A stretch of 64,000 bases of DNA from Gemmatimonas sp. (GTDB lineage: Bacteria; Gemmatimonadota; Gemmatimonadetes; Gemmatimonadales; Gemmatimonadaceae): NCBI GenBank assembly GCA_965279375.1, contig OZ257156.1, positions 4,512,001 through 4,576,000 of the forward strand, given 5' to 3'. The position numbers were made by a program, and so were the translations under genes. Positions 18,282 to 28,812 of this stretch are shown here, piece by piece. The notes under the pieces were generated by a model. The model was given only the letters and a program-made list of their open reading frames with translations, was not told the origin of the DNA and made no database searches. Numbering within the stretch: the first letter of the stretch is position 1; every line of letters starts with the position of its first letter.

Positions 18282-20318
18282 TTACGGCCGCGCGCGCCCA
18301 GTCGCACGATATCCTGCGCGGTACAGCGGGTTGCGACTGTCACTCGGCAGATCGGAGCGCTGTCCGCGCACGGCGTCCATCGACGAGGGCAGTTCGAATG
18401 GCAGCCGACCGGTGGGGAGCACTTTCCCTTCGAGGGCGTCGAAGAGCGCGTCGTCGCTGCTGCCGAAGTCGCCGATGAGCGTCTCCGCCAACGGCTTGAG
18501 CGCCGTCAGAATGGCCGGTCGATCGAGATACACGACGATGATCGTGCGCTTCTTCGCGGCCACGGCCGCTACCTTCGCGAGCGTCGAATCGGCGGCCTTG
18601 AAGTCGAGATCGCCCTCGTGCTGCATGCGGCCAAAGAAGAACGTGGGGTGAAGCGTCTGAAACGGAGCCGCCACACGTACGACCGCGATGTCCGCCCGCT
18701 CCGGAGTGGTCGCCACGCGATAGCCGCGCGCGCGGACCACGGCCGTGTCGATCCCGTGCACGTAGAGCGCACTTCCGCGCTTGGGAAGCATGCGCGCACC
18801 GCCCGCGTGCTCGAGCACCACCAACGCCCGCGCCTGCGTCTGCGCTGCCTCGCGATGATGCGCCGGCTGGGAGATGATTCGCACGGCCGCGGCGTCGTCC
18901 ACGATCGGATTCTCGAAGAGCCCGAGCGAGAACTTGAGCGCCAGCACGTGCGCTACCGCCTCATCGAGGCGCGTCTGCGGCAGCAGGCCGCCGCGCACCG
19001 CCGCCACGAAGGGCGCGCCGTCGTCCACGCCGCCAAACTGATCGATGCCTGCTCGCATCCCCTTCGCGAACCGCTGCGTGACACTCAGCGATTCCACGCC
19101 CCACGGCATGGCGATGTCCTGCGGCTCCATCGGTGGTGTACCGGTCTGACAGGCCGTGTTGCAGTCACGCGTGATGGCCCAGTCGGAGACGACGAGGCCG
19201 CGAAACGCATAGCGCCCGCGCAGCAGCGTCGTCAGCAACTGTGCGTTAAAGCCCGCTCCCACACCTTCCAGCGGCGCGCCATCCACCGTCACGCCCTGCA
19301 GGATGTCATACGTGGGCATGACACCGGCGACGTTCGCGGCAAACGCACCGAGGAACGGCGCGATGTGCGTCTGCAGCGAGGCGTCCGTGAGCTTCGCGAC
19401 GCTGCCATAGCGATTGTGTCCATCGAGTCCTTCCACGCCGGCACCGTAGCCCACCCAGTGCTTCACGACAGTGGCGACGCCATCACGCGTGACGCCGCTG
19501 GGCGCCCCCTGCATGCCCTCCACGTACGCACGCACGAGCGCACCCACGCGCACGGGATCGTCGCCGAAGGTGCCCGTGGCGCGCGCCCAGCGCGGATCCG
19601 TCGCGAGATCGGCCTGCGGCGAGAGTGCCATGTGCAACCCCACCGCGCGATACTCCTGCCGCACGATCGATGCGAAGCGGTTGAGTAACGCCGGATCATT
19701 CAGCGCACCGAAGCCCAACGCCTCGGGCCACTGCGAGAAACCGGAGGAAGCGACGCTCGCGCCACCGACCACCTGAAAGTGATTGCGCGGATCGCTGCTG
19801 ATCGTGAGTGGAATCCCCAGCCGTCCGCGTTCAGCGATGCGCTGCAACGCGTTGTTCTCTCTCGCGAACTCGGCTGGCGGCATCGACATGCGCGTGATCA
19901 GGCTCGTCACGGCGCCCTTCAGGATGATCGCCGTGGACCCATCGCGATCGTAGCTGGGGCCCGACGCCATCGGGCCACCGGCGATGGGCGCGGTTCCGTG
20001 GACGGCCGTACCCGCTTTCTCCTCGAGCGTCATCTGCGCGACGAGGTCCGCCGCGCGTGTCTGCACCGAAAGCCGCCAGTCCTCGTAGCGATCGAGCGTG
20101 CCGTTGCGGTTGAGGTCCCGGAAACGCAGGCCGCCGACCGTCAGGATCGGGATCGCGCCCGTGGCGAGGGCCGGCTGTCGGGCCGCCGTCGTGCGAGGCG
20201 TCTGCGCCGACAGTTCGGCGTGCATGATGAACGGCAGCGTCAGCGCGACGACGCGCCCGATGCGGAGCTGCGCGCCGAGTGTCGCCGACGGCATCGCGGA
20301 GAATGAAGGATAAGTCAT
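18282..20318 (-). CDS. Glycoside hydrolase family 3 (beta-glucosidase-like)
   Basis: RLGIPLTISSDPR, SPQADLATDPRWAR, KHWVG, VVSDW, PTGRLPFELP. Confidence 0.9.
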   Translation of the reverse strand: MTYPSFSAMPSATLGAQLRIGRVVALTLPFIMHAELSAQTPRTTAARQPALATGAIPILTVGGLRFRDLNRNGTLDRYEDWRLSVQTRAADLVAQMTLEEKAGTAVHGTAPIAGGPMASGPSYDRDGSTAIILKGAVTSLITRMSMPPAEFARENNALQRIAERGRLGIPLTISSDPRNHFQVVGGASVASSGFSQWPEALGFGALNDPALLNRFASIVRQEYRAVGLHMALSPQADLATDPRWARATGTFGDDPVRVGALVRAYVEGMQGAPSGVTRDGVATVVKHWVGYGAGVEGLDGHNRYGSVAKLTDASLQTHIAPFLGAFAANVAGVMPTYDILQGVTVDGAPLEGVGAGFNAQLLTTLLRGRYAFRGLVVSDWAITRDCNTACQTGTPPMEPQDIAMPWGVESLSVTQRFAKGMRAGIDQFGGVDDGAPFVAAVRGGLLPQTRLDEAVAHVLALKFSLGLFENPIVDDAAAVRIISQPAHHREAAQTQARALVVLEHAGGARMLPKRGSALYVHGIDTAVVRARGYRVATTPERADIAVVRVAAPFQTLHPTFFFGRMQHEGDLDFKAADSTLAKVAAVAAKKRTIIVVYLDRPAILTALKPLAETLIGDFGSSDDALFDALEGKVLPTGRLPFELPSSMDAVRGQRSDLPSDSRNPLYRAGYRATGRARP

Positions 20319-20377
20319 GCGCGAAACGTGCAGAGTGCACTGGCCTCGCGAAATGGCGCGCGGCGTACTGTGCGGTG

Positions 20378-21835
20378 CTATTCCGCCGTGGGCGCCGTCG
20401 CGCCCGGCTCCTCGCGCGTCCTGCCGTAGCCGGTCAGGACGGAGAGTACGACCGCCGCCGCCAGCGCCCAGGCATAGGTGTTGTGCAGGCCGATTGCGCT
20501 CGCTGACAGCGCCGGCATTCCGAACTCCGCGCCGCTCCGACTCGCGCTGGCGGCGAGAATTGTCGGCAGGAAATACGGCAGCAGGAACGGCCACGTGCAG
20601 ACAGTCATGTCGAGCAGATTCGCTCGGCGGTACCCCGACACACCGAAACGCGCACCCGTCTGCCGCGCGAACTCGCCGACGGCCAGAATCGCGACGACGC
20701 TGTGCGTAGTCAGGAGGACCGCACCCGAGACGACCCCGACAATCCACCCTTCCGCGGCACGCGCCGACGCCGCGCGTCCCTGCGCCGCCCGCACCAGGCG
20801 ATCGAGTGCGTCGGTCGCCTGCAGCGTCCCGACGAGCGCCACCAGCAGCAAGGTGAACACGCTCACTCCCACGGCGTGCTGCATGCCGTCGACGATGATC
20901 CCCGTCGCCCCAAAGGTGCCAGGCGCGATGTGCAGCAAATCGCCGGGCGCGACGAGTCCGAGTAAGAGCGAGAGCAGCGTGGCCAGCGCGATGCCGAAGA
21001 GCAACGATTCGATCAGGTGCCGTTTGGCCAGCAACATGCCAATGACCACAGCCGGCGCGACCAGCAGCAGGAGCGCGATCGCGGGACTCGCTGAGGCGGT
21101 TGCATCACGCAGGACGGCCGTGGGTATGGAGGCCGGCATCTCCGCATTGCCCAGCAACAGCGACGCGACCAGCGCAACGGCGCCGGCGGGCAGCACATAC
21201 ACCAGACGACTCCGTACCGTCCCGCCGATGTCCACGTGCTGGCTGCCGCTCGATGCGATGGTTGTGTCGGACACGGGCGAGATGGAATCGCCGAAAGTTG
21301 CGCCAGCGAGAATGGCGCCCATCAGCGCGGCCGGCGGAGCGCCTGCGCCACCACCGGCGGGATAGAGCAGCGGTCCGCAGAGCAAGATCGTTCCGAAGCT
21401 CGTACCGGTGGACGTCGACACAACTACGCATGCGAGAAACGCGGCGGCCACGTAGCCGCCTCCCGTGAGATGCGCCGCGCGCGCGAGCCATGCCAGCGCT
21501 GCGACGAACCCTGCGGCACTGAGGACCGCCCCCAGCACGCCGGCAAAGAGCCACGCGCACAACATCACCATCACCACACGCTGGCTCATTCCATCGAGCA
21601 TCGCCTCCGCGTAACGCGACCGGTCACGCGCCAGCAGCAAGCCGAGTGTGAGGGCGGCGAGCAGAATCGGCCAGAACCCCTTTTCGTCCGGCGCACCGTT
21701 GAGCGCGAGCACGCCAACGCCCGCCAGAAAGAGCGCGAATGGCGCGAGCGCGCCAAACAGGCCACCCCAGAATTCCAGCGGTACGGTGAAATGGGGTTGG
21801 ACCGCGTCCGGAGTGCCGGTCGACGGAGCCGTCAT
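20378..21835 (-). CDS. NhaC-family (Na+/H+ antiporter-like) membrane transporter
   Basis: Many TM segments; STGTSFGT and GATFGDSISPVSDTTI signature. Confidence 0.85.
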   Translation of the reverse strand: MTAPSTGTPDAVQPHFTVPLEFWGGLFGALAPFALFLAGVGVLALNGAPDEKGFWPILLAALTLGLLLARDRSRYAEAMLDGMSQRVVMVMLCAWLFAGVLGAVLSAAGFVAALAWLARAAHLTGGGYVAAAFLACVVVSTSTGTSFGTILLCGPLLYPAGGGAGAPPAALMGAILAGATFGDSISPVSDTTIASSGSQHVDIGGTVRSRLVYVLPAGAVALVASLLLGNAEMPASIPTAVLRDATASASPAIALLLLVAPAVVIGMLLAKRHLIESLLFGIALATLLSLLLGLVAPGDLLHIAPGTFGATGIIVDGMQHAVGVSVFTLLLVALVGTLQATDALDRLVRAAQGRAASARAAEGWIVGVVSGAVLLTTHSVVAILAVGEFARQTGARFGVSGYRRANLLDMTVCTWPFLLPYFLPTILAASASRSGAEFGMPALSASAIGLHNTYAWALAAAVVLSVLTGYGRTREEPGATAPTAE

Positions 21836-21893
21836 CGGGAGAGAAGCTTGGACATATGGCCACGCAAGGTCGTGCACAGCTATCGTTCGCGCC

Positions 21894-22319
21894 ATGCCAA
21901 CCGGGACCTCAACCGAATCGTCGGCCGCCATCCCGACGCCTGACGAGCAGTCGTCCAGCGACGCGTTCACGCTCTTCGACCTGCGCGTGGAGGTGATCGC
22001 CACCGAGCGGCCGATGGTGTGCAATCATCAAGCGGGCGATTGGTTCACGCTGCGTGGCGAGAACCTCGAGTTTCCGCCGGGTCAGACGTTTCCGCTCTAT
22101 CCGCTGGCGGCGCTGCTTCCGCTGCTCCCGGCCAAGCAGCGTCCCACGCACCCCAACGACTGGATGACAACCGATGCAGAAATCGCCTGCCCGGATCCGC
22201 ACTGCGGCGGCCGCTTTCGCATCTCCCGAATCGGAACATCCACCTTTCGCCACGCCGATGTGACCGTGGTGCCGTTACCGACCGCGCCGCACGATCGCGC
22301 CGACGCATCGCCTTCGTGA
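21894..22319 (+). CDS. TIGR04076-like Cys-containing protein
   Basis: DLRVEV...MVCNH..GD.F.L.GE, LPLLPAKQR, IACPDPHCG. Confidence 0.7.
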   Translation: MPTGTSTESSAAIPTPDEQSSSDAFTLFDLRVEVIATERPMVCNHQAGDWFTLRGENLEFPPGQTFPLYPLAALLPLLPAKQRPTHPNDWMTTDAEIACPDPHCGGRFRISRIGTSTFRHADVTVVPLPTAPHDRADASPS

Positions 22320-23374
22320 GCGACTCGACCGCGATGGAGACACGAGTGCTCGCGCCGGGCTACGAAATCCCCCGCGTGATCAAAGGCGGGTGGCAGCTGG
22401 CCGGCGGCCACGGCGACATCGACCACGCGCAGTCGCTGGCCGACATGACGGCCTTCGCCGAGTCCGGGATCACCGCGTTCGACTGTGCGGACATCTACAC
22501 GGGCGTGGAAGAGCGCATCGGCGCGTTCCTGGCGCAGTGGCGTGCCGCGCACGGCCCCAATGCTCCCGTCATTCGCGTGCACACCAAGTGCGTCCCCGAT
22601 CTCGATGCGCTGCCAACACTCTCGCGCGCGGACATCGAGCGCATCATCGATCGTTCGCTGCGCCGGCTCGGCGTTGAGACGCTCGATCTGGTGCAGTTTC
22701 ATTGGTGGGACTACGACATCCCGGGTGTGGAGGATGCCGCGCTACACCTGGCGGCGCTGCAGCGTGCGGGGAAGATCCGTCACCTCGGTCTGACCAACTT
22801 CGATACGGCGCACGTGCGGGCGCTGCTCGCGGCCGGTGTGCCTATCGTGTCGCATCAGGTGCAGCTCTCGCTGCTCGACCGGCGCGCGCTGGGCGACATG
22901 GCCACGCTGTGCGCGGCACACGGCATCGGTCTGCTGACGTACGGCGCCCTTGCTGGTGGCTTCTTCCACGAGCGCTGGATCGGCGCGAGTGAGCCCGCGC
23001 CACCATTCGAGAATCGGTCGCTGGTGAAGTACAAGCTGATCATCGACGACTTTGGCGGCTGGGGCGCGTTTCAATCGCTGTTGGGCGCCTTGCAGATCAT
23101 GGCGCGGGCGCACGGCACCACAGTAGGCGCGATCGCACTGCGCACCGTACTGGATGAACAGGCCGTCACGGCCGCCATCGTGGGTGCACGACACGCGGGA
23201 CATCTCGCGGCCACACTCGCCGCGCTGCGTGTACGCCTGACCGACGCGGAGCGTACCACGCTGCGACATCTGATCGACGCGGCACCCGGACCGTCGGGAG
23301 ACGTCTACACGCTCGAACGCGAAAAGGGCGGCCGACACGCGTCGATCATGCGTTACAACCTGAATACCAAATAG
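22316..23374 (+). CDS. Aldo/keto reductase
   Basis: GGWQL, FDCADIY, HTK, SLRRLGVETLDLVQFHW, GKIRHLGLTNF; GTGA overlap with upstream gene. Confidence 0.9.
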   Translation: MSDSTAMETRVLAPGYEIPRVIKGGWQLAGGHGDIDHAQSLADMTAFAESGITAFDCADIYTGVEERIGAFLAQWRAAHGPNAPVIRVHTKCVPDLDALPTLSRADIERIIDRSLRRLGVETLDLVQFHWWDYDIPGVEDAALHLAALQRAGKIRHLGLTNFDTAHVRALLAAGVPIVSHQVQLSLLDRRALGDMATLCAAHGIGLLTYGALAGGFFHERWIGASEPAPPFENRSLVKYKLIIDDFGGWGAFQSLLGALQIMARAHGTTVGAIALRTVLDEQAVTAAIVGARHAGHLAATLAALRVRLTDAERTTLRHLIDAAPGPSGDVYTLEREKGGRHASIMRYNLNTK

Positions 23375-23402
23375 GCCGAGCGCGCACCGACGCGCGCGAC
23401 GG

Positions 23403-24020
23403 TCACTTGGCTCCGAGCAGCTTGAGCTTGACCGCGTTCGTCAGCTCGTTTTCCAGCCGGCCCGTTGAGCCGCAATCCACTGGCGCCGTCGAGCTGCCGG
23501 CCATGCTGCGCGACGTCGCGGTCAGCAGCGTCTGCAGCTCCGTGCGTTCGGCGCCGGCCGCCACCGCGGTGACGGTGACCGAAAGAACCACGCGGTCGCG
23601 GTTGGCTCGCAGCCCGGTCATGTCGCTGCCGCATTCGACGTAGCTCGACAGCGCGACCTTCCCCAGTCGTCCGGTACGCTGGATGCCCGGGTGAAATGCG
23701 CGACGCTTGGCCGGGTCGAGCACCGGCGTGGCGAAGCCGGCCTCTTCCAGAACTCCGCCAAGCGTTGCGTAGACACGATCGACGGGCGCGTCGACGGTGG
23801 CGCGTGAGGCATCGGAGGCGACCGTCTGGATGCGTCCCTGCTCGGTGGTCATGAGCGTGCGCATTGCGGGAGCCGCGGCAGGTGCGGGGCCGGCGCCACC
23901 GCAGCCGGCGATCGCCGAGAGGGCAAGCGAGGACAGTCCAAGCGCGACGGCGCGGGATACCCCGCGGCCTGCCTTCGTTGCGATTCGCGATGAACGGCAC
24001 GTCGAACTGAGAATTCTCAT
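23403..24020 (-). CDS. Hypothetical lipoprotein
   Basis: Lipobox LSAIAGC; paired ECG / DCGSTGRLE cysteines. Confidence 0.6.
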   Translation of the reverse strand: MRILSSTCRSSRIATKAGRGVSRAVALGLSSLALSAIAGCGGAGPAPAAAPAMRTLMTTEQGRIQTVASDASRATVDAPVDRVYATLGGVLEEAGFATPVLDPAKRRAFHPGIQRTGRLGKVALSSYVECGSDMTGLRANRDRVVLSVTVTAVAAGAERTELQTLLTATSRSMAGSSTAPVDCGSTGRLENELTNAVKLKLLGAK

Positions 24021-24078
24021 GCGCGGTGCCCCATGCGGTTGGTTGCCAACGTGTCGCCTGTTGCACATACTCTGGTCC

Positions 24079-25047
24079 ATGCTTGTCGCTTCGGCAACTC
24101 CCTCCGACGAACGCGCGTCCTCGCTTCTTCGCGTTGCGATTATTGCGTTCTATGTGCACTTCGCGCTGAGCGCCTTCTCCGGCATCGCGTTCGCGACGTT
24201 TCTCGTCCCGCCAATCCCCGCGTGGTTTACCACGCCGTCGAACGCCAAGATCATGGCGTTCAGCTTCACGTGGGGCGGTCAGATGACGGTGGTGATCGGC
24301 GCGGTGTCGGGGCTGGCGTTCCTCATCTGGGCCGTGGGACAACGACTCGCGCTGCTCGCCTTCGTTGTGAGCTTCGTGGTCTCGCTTGGCGCGGAACTCG
24401 CCGGCACAGCGACCGGGCTCCCGTTTGGTCCGTATTCCTACACCACGCAGCTCGGGTATCTGATAGCGGGGCTGGTCCCATTCAACATCCCCACGTCGTG
24501 GTTCTACATGCTCGTCGCGTGTCTGGGCATGTGCGGACGGTTTCTGCCCGCGAAGGATGACAGCACCAGTCGTTGGTGGTGGGCCTTCATCGGCGGCGTT
24601 GTTCTCACGGCGTGGGACGTGTCGATGGACCCGGCGATGGTGAAGACCACGCACTGGCTCTGGCACAACGCCGACCTGAGCAATGCGCCGTGGTATGTGC
24701 AGCTCCTCGGCACGGGCTACTACTTCCAGATGCCGCTCACCAATCTGCTGGGCTGGCTTCTCACGGGTATCATCGTCGCGCGCCTGATGCTGGCGATCAT
24801 TCCGCCGACGCTTTGGGCGACGCGCGTTTCGCCGCACCGCTTTCCGATGGCGCTGTACGTGGCGAACGGCATCCTGCCCATCATGATCTGCTTCCGCTGG
24901 AACATGGTGCTCGCCGGAGTGCTTGGTACGATAGCCATGGGGATTCCGCTGTACGCGGCCTGGCGTGCCGAACCTCGGGTCGCGCGCCTTGGTCTCTCTC
25001 CTCTTCGTACCTCCCGCGTAGACAGCATTGCCCTCACCGGTGACTGA
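24079..25047 (+). CDS. cruF: Carotenoid 1,2-hydratase-like membrane protein (CruF/DUF422)
   Basis: ELAGTATGLPFGPYSY, VPFNIPTSW, AWDVSMDPAM, MPLTNLLGW; upstream of crtI. Confidence 0.78.
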   Translation: MLVASATPSDERASSLLRVAIIAFYVHFALSAFSGIAFATFLVPPIPAWFTTPSNAKIMAFSFTWGGQMTVVIGAVSGLAFLIWAVGQRLALLAFVVSFVVSLGAELAGTATGLPFGPYSYTTQLGYLIAGLVPFNIPTSWFYMLVACLGMCGRFLPAKDDSTSRWWWAFIGGVVLTAWDVSMDPAMVKTTHWLWHNADLSNAPWYVQLLGTGYYFQMPLTNLLGWLLTGIIVARLMLAIIPPTLWATRVSPHRFPMALYVANGILPIMICFRWNMVLAGVLGTIAMGIPLYAAWRAEPRVARLGLSPLRTSRVDSIALTGD

Positions 25048-25438
25048 CCCGCGCCACAAGGCGCGCGCGTCGAAAAAGAAAGCCGCTCCGCGCTCGCAAG
25101 ACGCGTCGAGTCGCGTGCAACGGGCTCCGTCGGAACACGAGCGCTTCGGTCGTCAGCAGATGTCACGGCTCGGCGACGCGCTGGCCTCCGATGGCATGAT
25201 CGTTTTCATGCTGGCAGTCGTCCTCATCGAGGCGACGGCCCTCTTGTGGTGGCATCGCACGACCTCCAAGGGTCCCGATCCGATCGAACTGATGTCGTTC
25301 ATGGGCGCAGGTGCGTCGCTGATGACGGCGATGTTCTTCGTCAAGCGAATCAAGAAGTCGGCGCTTCCCTTCGCCACGGCGCTGCTCTCCGCCCTCGTTT
25401 TTCACATCTGGCACATGGCGCTCCTCTGGGCGCGCTGA
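25040..25438 (+). CDS. Small membrane protein in carotenoid operon
   Basis: Three hydrophobic segments; lies between cruF-like gene and crtI; start uncertain. Confidence 0.55.
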   Translation: MTDPRHKARASKKKAAPRSQDASSRVQRAPSEHERFGRQQMSRLGDALASDGMIVFMLAVVLIEATALLWWHRTTSKGPDPIELMSFMGAGASLMTAMFFVKRIKKSALPFATALLSALVFHIWHMALLWAR

Positions 25439-25492
25439 TGTCGCAGCGGTGCGTTTCGCGCTGCGGCACCATGTGCATTTCGGCATTTCGTC

Positions 25493-26971
25493 ATGCGTAG
25501 CATCGTCATCGGCAGTGGATTCGGCGGACTGGCAGCAGCCATCCGCATGCAGGCGAATGGGCATCAGGTCACCATCGTCGAAAAGCTCGATCAGCCCGGC
25601 GGGCGCGCGCGCGTTTTCAAACAAGATGGCTTCACCTTCGATGCCGGCCCGACGATCATCACCGCCCCCTGGGTGATCGACGAGCTGTTCGAGCTGTCGG
25701 GGAAGAAGCGTTCGGATTACGTACAGCTCGTGCCGCTCGACCCGTTCTACAACATCCGCTTCGAAGACGGCACCGTCTTTCACTACAACGGTGACAAGGC
25801 GATGCAGCTCAAGCAGATCCGCGAGTTCGGCGGCGACAAGGATGTCGCCGGCTACGAGCGCCTGCTCAAGAGCATCGAACCGATCTACAACGTGGGAATG
25901 GCGCTGCTCGACAAGCCGTTTCTCACCCTTGGCTCGCTGCTGCGTGTCATCCCCGACCTGGTACGTCTACGCGCCGATCGTTCGGTCGCGGCGCACGTCA
26001 ATCGCTACATCTCCGACGACCGCCTGCGCCGCACCTTCTCGTTTCATCCGCTGTTGGTGGGTGGCAATCCGTACAGCACGTCGTCGGTCTATGCGCTCAT
26101 TCATCGCCTAGAGCAGCAGTGGGGCGTGCTCTTTGCGATGGGCGGCACCGGCGCGCTTGTCCGTGGCCTGGTGAAGCTGTTCGAGGATATCGGCGGGACC
26201 GTGCGGCTGAGCAGCGAAGTGGCCGAGATCGAAGTCGATCGCAACACGAAGCGGGCGACCGGCGTGCGCCTGGTGGACGGTGAGCGTCTCACCGCCGATG
26301 CCGTGATCTGCAACGGCGATCTCGCCGAAGGCTATCGCCGACTGGTGCCGGCGTGGGCGCGTCCGAGCATGACCGATACGCGCATCGCGAACTACCGGCA
26401 TTCGATGTCGCTGTTCGTCATCTACTTCGGCACGAACAAGCTCTACCCGGGCACCGCGCACCACGAAATCATCCTCGGCAAGCGCTACAAGGAACTGCTC
26501 GAAGATGTCTTCGAGAAGAAGCTGCTGTCGGATGATTTCTCGCTCTATCTGCATCGGCCCACGGCGACGGATCCGTCGCTGGCGCCGCCGGGGCACGATT
26601 GCTGGTACGTGCTCTCACCGGTGCCGCATCTCGGTGGCGGCGCCGACTGGGAGAAGGTCGGGCAGCGCTATCGCGACCTGATTATGCAGTACCTCGAGGA
26701 TCGCTATCTGCCCGGGCTGCAGTCGCACATCGTGACCGAGCGTCGCATCGATCCGCGCTACTTCCAGGACACGCTCAACAGCTACAACGGCAGCGCGTTC
26801 GGCATCGAGCCGACGCTCATGCAGTCGGCGTACATGCGCCCGCACAACAAGAGCCCGGACATTGGCAATCTGTATTTCTGCGGCGCGGGCACGCACCCGG
26901 GTGCCGGCCTGCCCGGCGTGATTTCGTCGGGCAAGATCGTCGCCGATCTCATGGGCAAGGCCACGCGCTAG
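25493..26971 (+). CDS. crtI: Phytoene desaturase
   Basis: VIGSGFGGLA FAD motif, FTFDAGPTIIT, FHPLLVGGNP, GAGTHPGAGLPGV. Confidence 0.92.
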   Translation: MRSIVIGSGFGGLAAAIRMQANGHQVTIVEKLDQPGGRARVFKQDGFTFDAGPTIITAPWVIDELFELSGKKRSDYVQLVPLDPFYNIRFEDGTVFHYNGDKAMQLKQIREFGGDKDVAGYERLLKSIEPIYNVGMALLDKPFLTLGSLLRVIPDLVRLRADRSVAAHVNRYISDDRLRRTFSFHPLLVGGNPYSTSSVYALIHRLEQQWGVLFAMGGTGALVRGLVKLFEDIGGTVRLSSEVAEIEVDRNTKRATGVRLVDGERLTADAVICNGDLAEGYRRLVPAWARPSMTDTRIANYRHSMSLFVIYFGTNKLYPGTAHHEIILGKRYKELLEDVFEKKLLSDDFSLYLHRPTATDPSLAPPGHDCWYVLSPVPHLGGGADWEKVGQRYRDLIMQYLEDRYLPGLQSHIVTERRIDPRYFQDTLNSYNGSAFGIEPTLMQSAYMRPHNKSPDIGNLYFCGAGTHPGAGLPGVISSGKIVADLMGKATR

Positions 26972-27011
26972 CCGAGTGTTAGCCACGCGCTAACCGCGCA
27001 TTACAGCGAGA

Positions 27012-28394
27012 CTATCGCGTTCGCCGTCGTGCGCGGAGCGTGATTTCCTTGAGCGGTCGCGTGGTGAGTCGCGCCACCGGCACCACCGGCTCGTCACCGA
27101 CGACTTCGAAGTCGTAGCGGCGCACGAGCCGTGCGATGATGAGTGCGGCTTCGAGTGTCGCGAACGCCGCGCCAACGCAGATGCGCGGCCCCACGCCAAA
27201 CGGGATGTACGCGCCGGGCGTGAGCTCGTGTGATCGCTCCGACGACCAGCGGTCGGGATCGAATCGGTCCGGGTTCTTCCAGAGCTTTTCGTGGCGATGA
27301 ATGAGCCACGGCGCCACCATGAGCATGCCGCCACGTTTCACGCGATGCGGTCCTACCGTCACGTCTTCCAGCGCCACGCGCGGCAGGAAGGTGATCGGCG
27401 CGTAAAGTCGCAGCGTCTCGCGAAACATGTCGCGCACCGTGGCGAAGCGCTTCGCATGCTCGATCTCGACGGGACCGTCGCCGCACACCTCATCGACTTC
27501 GGCGCGAATGCGCGCCACCATCTGCGGCTGCATTGCCAGCAAGTAAAACACCCACGTCAGCGTGCTGGCGCTCGTTTCGTGGCCGGCGAGAAAGAACACA
27601 CCCAGCTCGTCGACCAGTTCGTCGCGCGTGAATCCTTCCCCGGTGTCCGAATCGCGCGCCGCCATCGTGGACGCGACCATGTCGTCGTGCACGGGTGCGC
27701 CCGGCGCGAGTCGCGGATCGAGCATGTCGCCGATGTGCTGCCGAATGCGGCGACAGGCGTCCACCACCACCGCGGGCTGCTTGGTGCGCGACCACGCCTT
27801 GTCGAGCAGCAGCGCCTTGATGTTCACGCTGGCCACGGTGCGTTCGAAGATCGTGAACGCCTCAAAGACGTCATGTGCCGCACTCGTGGCCAGCGGCGTC
27901 GAGAAAATCGTCCGCGTAATCACGTCGGCGGTCAGATGTCCCATCGCCTGATCGAGCGAGTAGGACTCGCCCTTCTCACACAGCTCGTCCATCCATGCTT
28001 CGTGCGTATCGACGGCGTCCTTCATCTGGCCGAACGCGCGATTGATCCGCATGTGCGAAAACGACGGCTCGATCATGCGCCGCTGCTTGCGCCAGAGCGC
28101 GCCGCTGGACACGAACATCGCGTCGCCTACGAGATCTTCGAGCGCGTCCACCATCAGATCGCTCTTGGGAAAGATCCCCTGCGGATCGCTCAGCACATGC
28201 GCTGCGAGCGTGGGCTCGTTGATCAGAAAAATGCCGCGCCGAGTCTTCCCGACCTCCATCGTCATCTCGCGATACGCGTCGATCGGCACGAGGCTCAGTA
28301 GGCTGCGCTCGCGGCGCCACATCATGCGCAACAGGGAGCGCACGGGCGAAATCGGCGAGGGCGCCGGCGGACGGTACAGCGTGGATTCGCTCAT
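27012..28394 (-). CDS. Cytochrome P450
   Basis: AGHETS I-helix, ETLR, FDPDRW, FGVGPRICVG heme motif. Confidence 0.95.
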   Translation of the reverse strand: MSESTLYRPPAPSPISPVRSLLRMMWRRERSLLSLVPIDAYREMTMEVGKTRRGIFLINEPTLAAHVLSDPQGIFPKSDLMVDALEDLVGDAMFVSSGALWRKQRRMIEPSFSHMRINRAFGQMKDAVDTHEAWMDELCEKGESYSLDQAMGHLTADVITRTIFSTPLATSAAHDVFEAFTIFERTVASVNIKALLLDKAWSRTKQPAVVVDACRRIRQHIGDMLDPRLAPGAPVHDDMVASTMAARDSDTGEGFTRDELVDELGVFFLAGHETSASTLTWVFYLLAMQPQMVARIRAEVDEVCGDGPVEIEHAKRFATVRDMFRETLRLYAPITFLPRVALEDVTVGPHRVKRGGMLMVAPWLIHRHEKLWKNPDRFDPDRWSSERSHELTPGAYIPFGVGPRICVGAAFATLEAALIIARLVRRYDFEVVGDEPVVPVARLTTRPLKEITLRARRRTR

Positions 28395-28428
28395 GCCTGA
28401 CCGGCGATCGCTATCGTGTGCGGTGACA

Positions 28429-28812
28429 CTATTTGCCGCTGCGGGCATCCGCGCGCAGTGCCCACCAGGTCCAGCCGAGTCCGACCGCTTCGTTGCCGGC
28501 AATGCCGAGCAAGAGCACGGGCGCGATGCCCAGAATCACCAGCGTGGTGAAGCTGACGATCATGATGCCGTGCCCCCAGAGACTCGCGCGTGCCATCACC
28601 GTCAGGTCGTTGCGACCCGCGACGATGTAGTACGTGCCCAGCACCATCGCCGACGTACCAAGCAAACGAATCCAGTGCTCGGTGGTGGGCTTGGTGAGCA
28701 GCAGAAAGAGCGCGGTGTTGGGCGCAACGAGCAGGAAGGTGCCCATGAAGAGGGCATACGCACCGAAGCCAACCAGACTCTTCCCCGTCCGACTGATGCT
28801 GACTCCACTCAC
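28429..28812 (-). CDS. Small membrane protein
   Basis: Four hydrophobic segments; GTGA overlap with upstream gene. Confidence 0.6.
   Translation of the reverse strand: MSGVSISRTGKSLVGFGAYALFMGTFLLVAPNTALFLLLTKPTTEHWIRLLGTSAMVLGTYYIVAGRNDLTVMARASLWGHGIMIVSFTTLVILGIAPVLLLGIAGNEAVGLGWTWWALRADARSGK

Noticed and set aside
18102..19688. 528-aa plus-strand ORF
   Set aside because: Antisense shadow of the GH3 gene, typical of high-GC DNA, with no motifs
23353..25059. 568-aa minus-strand ORF
   Set aside because: Arg-rich shadow overlapping the cruF-like gene and a lipoprotein gene
26960..26996. Direct repeat GCCACGCGCTA x2, 22 bp apart, after crtI
   Set aside because: Only two short copies; not a CRISPR array and no element to make it a target-site duplication
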